A stretch of 64,000 nt of DNA from Octopus vulgaris (GCA_951406725.2 OX597835.1:806001-870000), one strand, 5' to 3'. Shown: positions 37,371 to 51,152, counted from the first letter of the stretch. Made by a program: numbers and translations. Notes: generated by a model from the letters alone, not told the origin.

Positions 37371-38078
37371 CTGAAAAAAGTAAGAAGTAATTTAAAATAG
37401 CATGCATCTATATTTTAAGTGTCTTATGAATTTTTACAGAATCATTATCACCATCCCCCTCCTCATACTCACCACCACCACCACCATCATAATCATCATC
37501 ATCGTTTTCTATGCTTGTATGAGTCACAGTGGAATTTATTGAGACAGACTCTCAATAACCAAATGCTCTTCTATCACAAACCCTCACTTGCATCCTGGCT
37601 TCATGACCAGCAAGCATGTAGCCACGTGGGTGGGTGGAGCAATGGCATGCCCCCTACCCTCTGTTAAAATTTCAGCCCCTCCGGGTTTGAGAATTTGTGT
37701 TATTCACTCTTGGAAGAATGCAGTATATACAAAATGCCTCAGCCTGTAGCATTCGTGGACAGTTGAAAACATTACTTTTAACAACAAAAAAACAAACTTC
37801 TTCACATCCCTTTTGTGAACAATTTTATTAAATGTAGACACTTTAGGTCGCTAAAGAGGCATTAGATTATTTTCTTTGATTTAGTGGTATGTGAAAACAT
37901 GGGTAATTACAAACATGTGTGTGTGAGTGTGTGTACTATAGAACTGGTCAGTACTGAAAGCAATGCCATCTTAATTCCCTATAGAGAAATAAACTGGAGA
38001 CAGATTTATGTATGTAAAAGTACTGACTACTTTATCTCTGGCGACAAAAGTCTTGTAGGTACACGGTTGTGTGTGTGC

Positions 38079-38116
<38 letters not shown>

Positions 38117-38791
38117 AGACAGAGAGGGACAGAGCGAGAGAGGGACAGAGAAAGTGTTACGGTACTGGTAAAGCACACATATACACACACACATATATTG
38201 TTGAAGACAGATGAAAATTAACAAGTCATTTTCTTCCCATCAGTGTAGAACCAGAGAACTGAACCTAAAATTTATAAATTTATAAAATTTGGTTTCTTAT
38301 GCCACAAACAACTCACTCTGTCGCTACATAAATATAAATCAGTATAAAGTGTTCTTATTCAACTGACATTAGTGTAAGATCACTCAACGGAGTATACCTT
38401 TAGGTTAGTGTACTATGGAGTGTTGGTACAATAATGATTCGCTGCCAAAAAAGAGAACTGAAACAATCATTGCTGAATTTCCAATCTGATTCATCTAAGA
38501 CTAAACAGAAAACAATTGCAAACAAAGAAGTTTTGCAGCTCAAGGAAGGTAGTATTTTTTTTGCAAGGACGATTTTCTTCAATTTTTTGCATTGCATTTC
38601 TGTAGATTGCACGGTTTTTAGGGTTCTGTTCAGCACCCCCGGCTATCAAGATAGTCCCCCACCAGTTACAACTGGCTGGCAATGTGCCTGATGACCAGAC
38701 ATGTTTTTGTAGAAGATTGGAAATGAATGAGACTGCTTGTATGGCAAAGACACTCATTACAGTCATACAATGACAAGACAAGGAGACACAA

Positions 38792-38826
<35 letters not shown>

Positions 38827-39968
38827 CAATGAGTTTCTTTCAGTTTCCATTCACCAAATTCAATTACAAGGCTTTAGTTGTCCTAAAATTATATATTTCT
38901 TTACTACCCACAAGGGCCCAAACACAGAGAGGACAAACAAGGACAGACAAATGGATTAAGTTGATTACATCGACCCCAGTGTGTAACTGGTACTTAATTT
39001 ATCAACCCCAAAAGGATGAAAGGCAAAGTTGACCTTGGCAGAATTTGAACTCAGAATGTAACGGCAGACGAAATACAGCTACGCATTTTGCCCGGCATGC
39101 TAACGTTTCTACCAGCTCGCCACCCTAAGATTATAATCACAGACATCTGTCCAAGTTGCCCCACAGTGGGACTGAAGCCCAAACCATGAAGTTGGGAAGC
39201 ACCATGCACTTAAACTATTCTTCAAAACATTAATCTCAAAATATATTTGTTTCCTTAGCAAAACAGTGTTTCAGATAATTTAATTTCTTTTCTTTGTCAA
39301 GGGATACGTAATATGTATATAAACTCAAGAAGGGATTACACGTCAGGGTGAATGCTGTTGTTTAGCTTTAGATCAGGTCTGAGTGAGCAGTTCTAAAATC
39401 GAAAATTTGGACAAGCAAATCTGTGCCCCAATTGCTGAAGTAGGGATCACAAGGAAAGTTTCATCATGAACATAGCAGAGGCATGGGAAAAGATAGCAAC
39501 GGTGAGAGACAAGAACAAATCCTGAAAAAATATTAAAATAAAATCATTTGGTGGTTGCACCTGGTTTGTTGTAGTTGCTTCATGGCTAATAAGAGTAAAA
39601 AGCAAGCTCCAATACAAGTGAAAAGAATTTGGACAATCTCTGGTAGCATCAATACTGCTCAGTATCAATGAAGAGGCCAAGGAAGGTGGTTAAATCATTG
39701 TGATACACAGCTGAATCTGATGAAGAGCAACTTTGTCTATACAAATCATATTCTTTCATTCTTTTTTTTTCTTTTGTTTGTTTCAGTCATTTGACTGCAG
39801 TCATGCTGGAGCACTGCCCTTTAGTCAAGCAAATCGACCCCAGGGCTTATTCTTTGTAAGCCTAGTACTTATTCTATCAGTCTCTCTTGCCGAGCTGCTA
39901 AGTGACGGGGACGTAAACACATCAGCATTGGATGTCAAGCAATGTTGGCGGGGACAAAAACAGAGACA

Positions 39969-40108
<140 letters not shown>

Positions 40109-40351
40109 ACGGGCTTCTTTCAGTTTCCATGCAGTGGGACTGAACCCGGAACCATGTGGATAGTAAGCAAGCTACTTACCACACAGCCACTCCTGCACCT
40201 ATATGTAAAGGTGTCAGGTAATACTGAATAAGTGTATAGACAGACCATAGTTAGTTTTGTGAATAAGGGGTTCAACTTTGGTTCTTAAGAATTTTTTGCA
40301 TAATTAGATAAAAAACCAAGGCTGTGTAGATAGAACATTTATAGATAAAAG

Positions 40352-40403
40352 GTCTTACAGCTGTTTCCAGGATATTTATTAATTATATCCCTTCATCGGA
40401 AAC
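40352..40403 (-). ncRNA. Degenerate minimal type-I hammerhead ribozyme of a Penelope-like pLTR
   Basis: gttt-CCGATGA-agggatat(loop)atatcctg-GAAA-c(AGCT)g-TA|agac. All three stems are present; core CUGA reads CCGA. Confidence 0.6.
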
Positions 40404-40675
40404 GGTGTGAGAGGATGGTTAAGTCATGGTTAGTTTAGATGTGATACAAAATAGAGAGTGAGGTGGAGGAAAGAAAATAGATGCAAGATATGTATGGGTT
40501 TTGAAGTTGTGGATCCATTTTTTAGGTAGAATGGTATATATGTAAGATTCCAATACCTTATGAGTAAAGTCCGACAGAGTTTAAAATGGGTCCTTCCAAA
40601 TATAGAGTTTATACACAATGTAAGATTCCAATACTTTATAAGTGAGATCCAGCAGTTTTTAAACTTGGTCATGCA

Positions 40676-40719
<44 letters not shown>

Positions 40720-40928
40720 CATATATACATACATATATGTACATAATTACATATATATGGTTACAGGACATCAAAAAAACGTTGAACACAATGAGAAACA
40801 AAAACATAAAAACAAAACATAGAAACGAACTTTTTTTCAAACAACGAAAAAAAAAACAGAGAAACGAGACATACAACATAAAGAATATTCCCCTTCTTCA
40901 GTTGTTCCTGTTTCAACTACTCCACGTT

Positions 40929-40972
<44 letters not shown>

Positions 40973-41469
40973 GGAGTAAACACATAAATGTGAAACAAGG
41001 TGGAAAAAAGAGTACTCAAATACCAGTGGTAGAGTAATATGCTTTATTTTAAGCAGCAGAAAATTCAACAAGATTTTGTTGAATTTTCTGCTGCTTAAAA
41101 TAAAGTATATATATATATATATATATATATAAAGTAAACAGAAAATGGAGAAATATTGATCAACAACGAATGACTAGCATCAATTATTGCTTTTTGATAT
41201 AAATAGATTGTATCCTATCTAAAACCTGTTTCCCTTTCCAATGTTCCATGGTATTGTCATTGAAAATTCTGAAAATATTCATCATATTTGGTAACACATC
41301 TGATCTGGAACATGGAGCTTCATCAGAGTAAAGAGAAATATATAAAAGAAAAGAAAAGAGGAAGAGCCTCAAGAAGAAGATGAGAATGGTATGATTAAAT
41401 CGTACCATTTTGCATATATGATACCTCAGGACCTTGACTAAACTTAAAATATTAATTGGTGGGGTTCAT

Positions 41470-42710
41470 TTTCCTATGGGGAGTAACAGGGTAACAGTAA
41501 AACTAACACCTGTTTCTTTATTTTTATAACTTATCAGGGTCCATATGTGTTTCCCTTTCTCTACTTCTTCCTGTTTTCCATTATTAGTCTCTTCTGATGT
41601 TACTGGTATCTTTCTTCTCTTTCTTCTCTGCATCTCTCTCACACAATGTTGTTGGCATCTCTCTTCTATCTCTCTTTCTTTTCTGCACACTCACTCTCTC
41701 CTCCATGTTCTTTCCCCTTGGTATAGCTGGTCTCACACACTGAGTCTCCTCTACGTTTTCCTTTCTCTTCTTCAGGGGACTCTTAGGTGGTGAGTCCGTG
41801 TTTCCCCCTCTTTTATTCTTTCTTTCTTACCGTATATTTTTCTCCCACATTTTCAGTATTCTTTTGACCCACTTGATTTTGCTCCTCAACTCTTTGTTCC
41901 TCTTCCTCTCCTTGCTGCTCCTGCTTTACCTCCTCTTCATGTTTCTAGGAACACCTAGCCTTCATATGTCCCTGTACTCTACACTGGTAGCAGATGGGAG
42001 GTTTTCCCTCCACCACCACTTTTACTCTCTCTCTTCCTCAAGCAAGACAACCTCCCCTGCAATTTTATGTAGATCTGGTAAACTGATTTGGACCATCACT
42101 TTGAGGCCATATCCCCAACAGTTTACCTCTGTTGTTCTTGTGACTTTCAGAACTTTCACTTCTTTCCCCGTGTTGTAGAGGATGGTTGCCACTAGCCATG
42201 CCTCGTCAATATCTGGCGGGGGCACTCTGCCAATCCTAACTCTGACAGCACATTTGCTACACTAGGTTGGCAGCAGCACCCACTCTGATAATCTCAATGG
42301 CACAGAGGAGTGCTTTATCGTGTCTTGTTTGCGCGCGAACCGAACCTCCACTGTGCCATACTTCTTGCCTCCAGTATAGAATGTCGTGAGGCTTCTAATG
42401 TCCTTTAGACATTCTGCTACTACTTATGCAGTAGCTATTTCGATCTTTTAGGTTGTTGTGGACAGCCTTCTATAAATTACTGTCCTTTTAGTTGCCTTCG
42501 CTGTCACTTCTTTTGGCAGGGTCAACCTCAGGCTGGCACCTTCCTTTATTACAAGTTCATTAAACTTCTTCAATTTCTTTTCATCTATTTCTACTTTTCT
42601 TGCTTGTAATATATCAGCAGTCAATCCTTTTCCAGTTGCTACAGCATAACTACCAGCTGGAACTGGTTGGCTCTCCACCGTTTCACCCATAAATGGGGAA
42701 GAAAACAATT
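41470..42710 (-). mobile_element. LINE (L1/Tx1-like) ORF1 remnant with CCHC zinc knuckle
   Basis: VKVVVEGKPPICYQCRVQGHMKARC at about 41950-42030, followed by an E/K-rich tail; frameshifted. Confidence 0.7.
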
Positions 42711-43005
42711 AGGCGAAAATAACAATTCAATAATTAACAATAGAAATGGGAGGCCTTCAATGAGTGATCAACAAAGTGACTTACACAGGTCAAAATGACT
42801 AAATACACAACATGGACTCTACCGTCAAACTAACACCTTAGTCCACCTTCAGTCATGTGGGGATGTTCAGGATTGTTTTTGTCGTTGGTAGCAGGTGTGG
42901 TAGTATAGAGATGAAGAGGAAGAGTGTGTTGGCAGAGAAAGAAAAAGAAGGAGAATAGTAAAAATATTGGAAAGATATTAAAAAAATATCAAAAACATAT
43001 CATAC

Positions 43006-43056
43006 CTGTTGTTTTAGGTTTATCATTTAATGTTATAAACTCTGTGCCTGCACAAT
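43006..43056 (-). CDS. Cadherin-related gene, coding exon 2 (51 nt)
   Basis: tctttttatttcag|...|gtatga, phase 1/1. (H)CAGTEFITLNDKPKTT(D) joins exon 1 and exon 3 in frame. Confidence 0.8.
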
Positions 43057-44237
43057 CTGAAATAAAAAGAAAAATAGATAAATAAAATACTTAAATTGTA
43101 AACATTATATTATGTAAATATTTCGCACCTCAGGAAGAGCCTTATGCAAACTAATGTAGTGTTTTGTTCTCTTTTCTTTCTCTGAAATAAGAAATCAGTC
43201 TTTGTTTGGATCCTTGTCTATCTCTGTGAATCTGGTACCTTTTCCCAACAGCAAAGTGACATGAAGCACACAACTGAGTGAAAAATGCAACCTAAAATAT
43301 GACTCCAAGATATGGTACCTGTTCCTGAGAATAAATGACCAGAGGTAAAGAATCTGGAATACAGCTCCCAAATTTTGTATTTATTTTCCTATAACTAAGT
43401 GAGCTGAGGCACAGAACCCAAGTGAGACCCACACTACAATACAAGTTCATAATTTGTGAGCTATTTTAAATGGCTGAGTATCTCACAGACGTTTGTACCT
43501 TTCATCTAGTCTTTCTGTAGACTCAGATTGTCATTATGTGTAATGAGGCTGGGATCTTTGAAATAACGGCCCATCTGATAGGCTTCCAAAGAGTTTCTGG
43601 ACATTCAATTTCACTAACAAAGCTTGAGTCAACTCGAGGCTCTAATAAATGTTGCTAGACATGAAACTGAACCCAGAACCTTAACAATTACAAAAGATAT
43701 CAAGCAAATGAGGGAACCTGGGGGTCACTTAATCAGCTGGACAGCAACCAAATCTTTCTCAAAGTCATACTCTGAACTTTTAAAAAATGCAAGAATATAT
43801 ATATATATATATATATGTAGATGCAGGAATGGCTGTGTGGTAAGTAGCTTGCTTACCAACCACATGGTTCCGGGTTCAGTCCCACTGTGTGGCACCTTAG
43901 GCAAGTGTCTTCTACTATAGCCTCAGGCCAACCAAAGCCTTGTGAGTGGATTTGGTAGACAGAAACTGAAAGAAGCTCGTCATATATATATGTATATATA
44001 TGTATGTGTGTGAGTATATGTTTGTGTGTCTGTTTGCCTCCCCATCCCCCCATCGCTTGACAACCGATCCTGGTGTGTTTACATCCCCATAAATTAGCGA
44101 TTCAGCAGAAGAGACCAATAGAATAAGTACTAGGCTTACAAAGTATAAGTCCTGGGGTCGATTTACTTGACTAAAAGGCGGTGCTCCAGCATGGCCACAG
44201 TCAAATGACTGAAACAAGTAAAAGAGTATATATATAT

Positions 44238-45400
44238 ATCATCAACATCGTCATCATCATCGTTTAATGTCCGATTTCCACGCTAGCACGGGTTGGACGG
44301 TTCGACCGGGGTCTGGGAAGCCAGGGGCTGCTCCAGGCTCCAGTCTGATCTGGCAGTGTTTCTACAGCTGGATGCCCTTCCTAACGCCAACCACTCCGCG
44401 AGTGTAGTGGATGCTTTTTACGTGCGACCTGCACAAGTGCCAGGGGGATCTGGCATCGGCCACGATCGGTTGGTGCTTTTAACGTGCCACCGGCATGGAA
44501 GCCAGCCAAGGCGGCGCTGACATCGGCCACGTTCGGATGGTGCTTTTTATGTGCCACCGGCACAGAAGCCAGTCGAGGCGGCGCTGGCATCGGCCACGTT
44601 CGGATGATGCTTTTTATGTGCCACTGGCACAGAAGCCAGTCGAGGCGGCGCTGGCAATGCCCACGTTCGGATGGTGCTTTTTATGTGCCACCGGCACAGG
44701 TATCACAACTACTATTTCCATTGATATTTGTTTCGATGTTCATGTACATGCACTTGACTCAACAGGTCTCCTCAAGCACAGCGAGATGTTCTGGGATCCA
44801 AGGTACTTTGAATGGGCAGGGGCTATGCAGAACTGGTGCCGGAAGCATCCCGGGTCTTTGCAGTCACAGCACATCTCCAGAGATCTCAGTCCTTCGCCAT
44901 TGCCTCAGTGAGGCCCAACGCTCTGAGGTCATGCTTGACTACCTCATCCCATGTCTTCCTGGGTCTACCTCTCCCCCAAATTCCTTCAACTGTTTGAGAG
45001 CGGCACTTCTTCACACATCTCTCCTCATCCATCCGCAGTACATGACCATACCATCGCAAGCGTCGCTCTTGCACACCACATCTGATGCTTCTTATGTCTA
45101 GCATTTCTCTCAGGGTGCTTACACTCTGTCATGCATTCACAGTGACATTACACATCCAGTGGATCATGCTAGCTTCATTTCTTTCAAGTCTACGCATGTC
45201 CTCTGCAGTCACGGCCCATGTTTCATTACCGTGAAGCATGGCAGTTCGCACACATGCATCATACAATCTACCTTTCACTCTGAGTGAGAGACCCTTTGTC
45301 GCCAGTAGGGGTAGGATCTTTCTAAACTTTGCCCAGGCTATTCATATTCTAGTGGTGACACTCTCTGAGCATCCACCTCCACTACTAACTTGGTCACCCA
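44238..45400 (-). mobile_element. RTE-LINE 3' fragment, CpG-rich
   Basis: VQERRLRWYGHVLRM...GRGRPRKTWDEVV, tandem ~60-bp UTR units and (ATG)n tail. Confidence 0.88.
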
Positions 45401-46000
45401 GGTAAGTAGTGGAGGTGGATGCTCAGAGAGTGTCATCACTAGAATACGAATAGCCTGGGCAAAGTTTAGAAAGCTCCTACCCCTACTGGCAACATAATTA
45501 CTACTTCTGCTACTTCTGCTCCTGTTGCTACCAACAAGGTAGTCTCTATGCACTTGCATAAGAAATCACACCCATGCAAAAAAAAAAAGCTATTTTACAC
45601 TAGAACACCTTTTGTCATAAGATCTGCACCATGAAGGTTGACCTAGGTTTAAACTATTTTTTAAAAATTTCTTTATTACTCACAGGGGGCTAAACAGAGA
45701 GGGGAAAAACAAGGACAGACAAAGGGATTAAGTCAATTACATTGTCCCCAGTGCATAACTGGTACTTATTTAATCAACCCCTAAAGGATGAAAACCAAAG
45801 TCGACCTCAGCAGAATTTGAACTCAGAACATAACAGCAGACGAAATACTGCTAAGCATTTTGCCCATCGCGCTAACAATTCTGGCAGCTCACCACCTTTA
45901 AGCTATAGGTTTAAACTATTGCAACAGCAACAGCTGCTGCTACTGCTGCTGCTGCTGCTACTACAACAACATCAAAAGGTATAAAATATTGTTAACTCAC

Positions 46001-46082
46001 GTATTTCATCTGCAGAAGCAAAATGAACCAATCCAAACAGCACAAAGATACACTGCACAAAACAAATGTTCATTGCCATCAT
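46001..46082 (-). CDS. Cadherin-related gene, first coding exon (signal peptide); exon acceptor at 46169
   Basis: Encodes MMAMNICFVQCIFVLFGLVHFASADEI: hydrophobic core plus an A-S-A cleavage-type site. Donor C|gtgagt (phase 1); upstream acceptor aatttccag|G. Confidence 0.85.
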
Positions 46083-46375
46083 AGTAAATTTGGTTTTGTT
46101 GTTGAAGTTGTTCTTGTTTTTATTTTTCCTGCTACTCTTTGATTCCCTGGATGGAATTTCTTGTTGTACCTGGAAATTTATTTGAAATATTTAAAAAAGA
46201 ATTAATGAAAGTGAAAGTTAAGATCATTAAATATACTGTGTTAAGAATGTTAGAATAGCTGAACAAAAACACCGTATTTAGAAAGCATAAATGCAAGAGT
46301 GCATGCACGCACACTCACACACACACACACACATGCACACACACACACCCACACACTCACACACACTCACACACA

Positions 46376-46462
<87 letters not shown>

Positions 46463-46464
46463 TG

Positions 46465-47035
46465 CAGTGGTGAAAGTCAATAAGAAAGGTTGGATGATGG
46501 AGAGCCTAACGAAGGATTGGCTCAGAGAGGTGCTACGCCAAGTGACCGGGGGGAATGTTTTTCACACAAAAAAGCATTGCTCGTTATGGACAGCATGAGG
46601 GCCCATATAACAGATTCAGTGAAAGCTACCATCAAGAGTACAAACTCAATTCCAGCTGTGATTCCTGGGGGCACCACTAAATATTTGCAGCCACAGGACA
46701 TCAGCGTGAACCGGGCATTTAAAGTGGCACTGCGCCGTGAGTGGCAAGAAATCCTTCACCAAAACAGGCCGCATGCAAAGAGCATCTGTCACTCAAGGCT
46801 GCTAGTGGATCCTAAATGCGTGGAGCCGTGTCAAAATATCCACCATCACCAACAGGTTTCGAAAAGCTGGACTGCTGCGTGACGAAGAGGACCGGGGGGG
46901 CTCAAGTGAGAGTGACAACGAAGAGGCTGAAGTGAATGACAAGATCCTGAGGCTGTTCAGTTCGGACACTGAAGAAGAGGACTTTGATGGTTTCAGTGCG
47001 CAGGAAGAAGATGAAGAAGGCAATCAATGACTTTT
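46465..47035 (+). mobile_element. pogo (POGK-like, DDE_1) transposase fragment
   Basis: NKKGWM...LLVMDSMRAH...VIPGGTTKYLQPQDISVNRAFK...SDTEEEDFDGF; frameshifted. Confidence 0.9.
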
Positions 47036-49448
47036 GACCTGGTAAGCTGTAGTATGTGTGTGTGTGTGTAGCAGTGGAGGGAACCCGTGGAAGAGGCAGA
47101 CCCAGGAAAAATTGGGACGAGGTGGTGAAGCACAACCTTCAAACTTTAGGTCTCACTGAGGAAATGACCAGCGACCGAGACCTTTGGAAATATGCTGTGC
47201 GTGAAAAGACCAGGCAGGACAAGTGAGTCCAGCCCACTTATGCATGCCTTTCCTCCCTTGGACACACAAAGACCTGTTGAGGCAAGCGAAGTCGATATCG
47301 AACCTCATCCGACGACAGGCACCTATGCCAACCCCCCTTTGCTTGCGAAGACCTGTTGGGGCAAGTGAAATCGAAATCGAAATCGGAATCGAAATTGAAC
47401 CAATCCTATGACTGGCACCCGGCAGATGCCAGGACTCCTGGACTGGAGATACGTAAAAAGCACTATCCGAATCGTGGCCAATGCCAGCGCCGCCTCGACT
47501 GGCTTCCGTGTCGGTGGCACGTAAAAAGCACCATCTGAATCGTGGCCGAAGCCAGTGCCGCCTCGACTGGCTTCCGTGCAGGTGGCACGTAAAATGCACC
47601 AATCCGACCGTGGCCGATGCCAGCCTCGCCTAGCACCAGTGCAGGTGGCATGTAAAAAGCACCCACTACACTCACGGAGTGGTTGGCGTTAGGAAGGGCA
47701 TCCAGCTGTGGAAACATTGCCAGATAAGACCGGAGCCTGGTGCAGCCTTCTGGCTTCCCAGATACCCGGGTGTGCTCTGTAGTCTGGAATTTACGGGATA
47801 TACTTATATATGTATACATACATATACAATACATACATATACATGCATACATTTACATACATATACAAACATAAATATATCATAGTGGAAGTAATAGAAA
47901 TGCAACTAATATATATATATATATATATATATACATAGTGAAAGTATAAATAGTTTCCCTATTAAAACTGAAAGTATTATCTCATATTACAATAGAGATG
48001 TTATTGTTTCACTTTTGACATGTAATACTGAAATAGTGTAAGAGATAAGAGATTGCTCCAGGCTTGCATTAGGCAAGAAGTTGAAACTTTTTTGGGCTGC
48101 ATGTACCCTAAGTAAGGCATGTGTAAAATTTGAATGAAATTGGTTGGGTAGTTCTCGAGTTTTAGTGATGCATGCATACAGACAGACAAAGAAACAGACA
48201 GACAGAGAGAAACACATTCTCAGTTTCATATATATAGATAAAAGCAAAGATAGAAAGAGCAAAAATATGCAGGGATGGATAGCTAGTAGAAGGTGAATGA
48301 AAGAGAGAGAGGGGGAGAGATAAAGAGATAGAGAGAGAGAGAGAGAGAGAGCTGCTTGTCTGAGAATGGACTTTATTGCTATGACATCAGGTTTAAAGAT
48401 AACAGAAGCACATCCCTGAATGGAAGGTAGAGATTTGTCTCATTGTTCACCGGCAGATTACAAACTTTCCTTTCGCACCGCTGTTGCCACATAACTTCCA
48501 ACTGATTTCTACTATTGATAGGAGATATCGAATCACATATTAGAGCTGTTGTTGCTGGCTACAAAATACCTCTGTGTCTGTGAAAACATTAGATGTAGTT
48601 AAGCTTATGTGAACCTCTTTAAAGCAGGGAACCTGATGAACCTGATGGTAGAGGATAGGGTCCACATGATTTATATTAATTATAATCGAAACTAATTAAA
48701 TGTAAACTTATGCATGTACTCTTTTACTTGTTTCAGTCATTTGACTGTGGCCATGCTGGAGCACTGCATTTAGTCGAGGAAATCAACCCCAGGACTTATT
48801 CTTTGTAAGCCTAGTACTTATTCTATTGGTCTCTTTTTGCTGAACTGCTAAGTTGCAGGGATGTAAACACACCAGCATCGGTTGTCAAGCAATGTTGGGG
48901 GGACAAACACAGACACAAAAATATATACACACACATACATACATATATATATATATACATATATACGACAGGCTTCTTTCAGTTTCCGTCTACCAAATCC
49001 ACTCACAAGGCTTTGGTCGGCCCGAGGCTATAGTAGAAGACACTTGCCCAAGGTGCTACACAATGGGACTGAACCTGGAACCATGTGGTTCGTAAGCAAG
49101 CCACTTACCACACAGCCACTCCTACGCCTATTCACTTTGTCTAGTTCCGCTCAACAGATATTAATCACATCAATGATACAGTGTGAAAAAATTAAAATAC
49201 AGTTTACAAGTAATAACTCCCTAGTGTCAGTTTCATTCAACTTTTGCTTGTTAGTAATTTCATTGGTTATTCCGATGTATTTTAGCACCTCCACTTCAAA
49301 TTAGCTTCTACTAGATATGGTCAGTACTATGACAGGTACATCTAAAATCAGTTTAATTTTAAATAGCAGTTTACATGTAATGCTTCTCGGTTATTGTTAC
49401 ATTCAGGCTATCACAGAAATTAAGGCTCAACCAATTATTCTAACTTAA

Positions 49449-49663
49449 CCCTTTAGCATTCAAATTACTTTATCAAAATTAATGCCTATTTTTTTACATA
49501 GTTTTAAATTTATCATTCATTATCTTTTAGCTTCAAAATATTAATGATGTAATTGTTTATTTTTAGAATGTCATTGTATGGAGCATGTGGGAAGCCAGAT
49601 CTGCCTAAACATAAAACAGGTAGCATATCTGGGCTAGTTATGACTAGTTTCAATGCTAAAGAG
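49449..49663. mobile_element. piggyBac-type MITE
   Basis: TTAA flanks; TIRs ccctttagcatt / aatgctaaagag. Confidence 0.7.
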
Positions 49664-49911
49664 TTAATCAATTATTCAAAATTATCCTTATTTAGCTGAT
49701 CATGACTCAACTGTTAATTGTAATCAAGCAATATTATATCTTTCTAAAGTATTCTCAGTATTAATAACTATTCATCTGAACTTTGATATTCTATGCTGCA
49801 TGGTATTGTCTGGCATTGCCTTGCATTAATATCCTATCAAGATATTTTATCTTCTATTTTTATCATGGGTGTTAACATGAATGCACCATTGCTACTTGTC
49901 AATAAGATACG

Positions 49912-50697
49912 GTTACCTCCACCCAGGAAGGAGGTTATGTCTGCATTGCCGTTCGTCTGTCCGACTGTGTGCAAAATAACTCAAAAAGTTGTCAACGGTA
50001 TTTGATGAAACTTGCAGGAAAAGTTGATAATGACACAAGGAACAGATGATGAAATTTGGGTAGTGATCCAGGAATTTTTATGGATTCTTGAAGGATTTTT
50101 CATTTGTTATGTTTACTTCACATGAAGTATTACGTTACGTTCTTTGATTATCTCCCTTGAAAACACATCGGTTCCATGTAACCTATGGTGGTGTTGCTGT
50201 TTAGAGACAGTGATGATGATGATGATGATGACGATGGTCGAGATAAGTATGGGAGGTGGATAAAATAGCATCGATGGTTATAATGGTGACAGGAATGGTG
50301 TGATGTGTGATGCTGAGGTGATGGTGGTGTTGATGATAGTGTTAGTTGTGTGGTGATGGTGGTATTGCAGTGGTCATACTGGTTGTGGTGGTGAAAGTGA
50401 CTGTCAAGGTAACCGTCATGATAACATTGATGACGGTGTATGTGGCTGAAGTGGAAGCAGTGACAATGCTGCTGATGATGATGTTGGTGGTTGGGAACTG
50501 CTTCAGATGATTCCTGTTTTTAAAGGGTTTTGTTTCTTAAAATCATATGGCTGTGTTATTTATTTTTTACCCCCACCAAGGAGGTTATGTTTTTCCTGGC
50601 GTTGGTTTGGGAAATTGGGCGATTCTCAGCATGCGTGTATATGGGTGGAAATGAGCTGCTTGGCGGAGGTCTGCACTCTCTGAGTGCTTCTCTAGTT
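49912..50697 (+). mobile_element. Helentron/HINE-like non-autonomous element(s)
   Basis: 5' sub-terminal acctccacc...ggaggttatg (also at 50568), 3' cttggcggaggt, hairpin gcactc-tct-gagtgc and ctagtt end. Confidence 0.6.
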
Positions 50698-50967
50698 TGT
50701 CTATACTTTGGAATTATGAACTATTCTCTGTATTAATCTCTAATTATAATATATCAGAGTATTTAAAATCATAAACAAGCATCATAAGGAATCTAGAAGT
50801 AGCGGTAAATATTCCTTTACTCTTTTATTCTTTTACTTGTTTTAGTCATTTGGGCTAATTGGGGCTGCAGCCCAAAACTAAAGAGAGCTAAATAGCATGA
50901 CTACAGTACATCTATAATGATTATATACCCCAGTGGTGTTTGATCAGAGGTGAAGGACAGATGAGAA

Positions 50968-51152
50968 TTAATTCTGTAATGCAATCATTCTATTCTTCCA
51001 GTCCCAAGTTGAATTCCAACTGTTGGCCAATTTGTCCCAAAGTTCTAATCTCGATGTAAAATTAACGAAGCGAATGTCATTCATCTCGTCCTTCATCTCT
51101 GACGTCATCTGACAAATGCCAGCCAAGATGATGCGAATCGGCCAAGCTTTAC
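50968..51152 (-). CDS. Possible terminal coding exon of an upstream gene, TIR-domain C-terminus-like
   Basis: ctatttctaacag acceptor, then an open frame KAWPIRIILAGICQMTSEMKDEMNDIRFVNFTSRLELWDKLANSWNSTWDWKNRMIALQN*. Non-repetitive and retains CpGs. No partner exons found in the window. Confidence 0.3.

Noticed and set aside
41290-41335. Minus-strand CTGATGA as another hammerhead
   Set aside because: No GAAA or stem III in register.
48380-48560. 59-codon open minus-strand frame after a ttttgtag acceptor
   Set aside because: No recognisable protein features or partner exons; compatible with chance.
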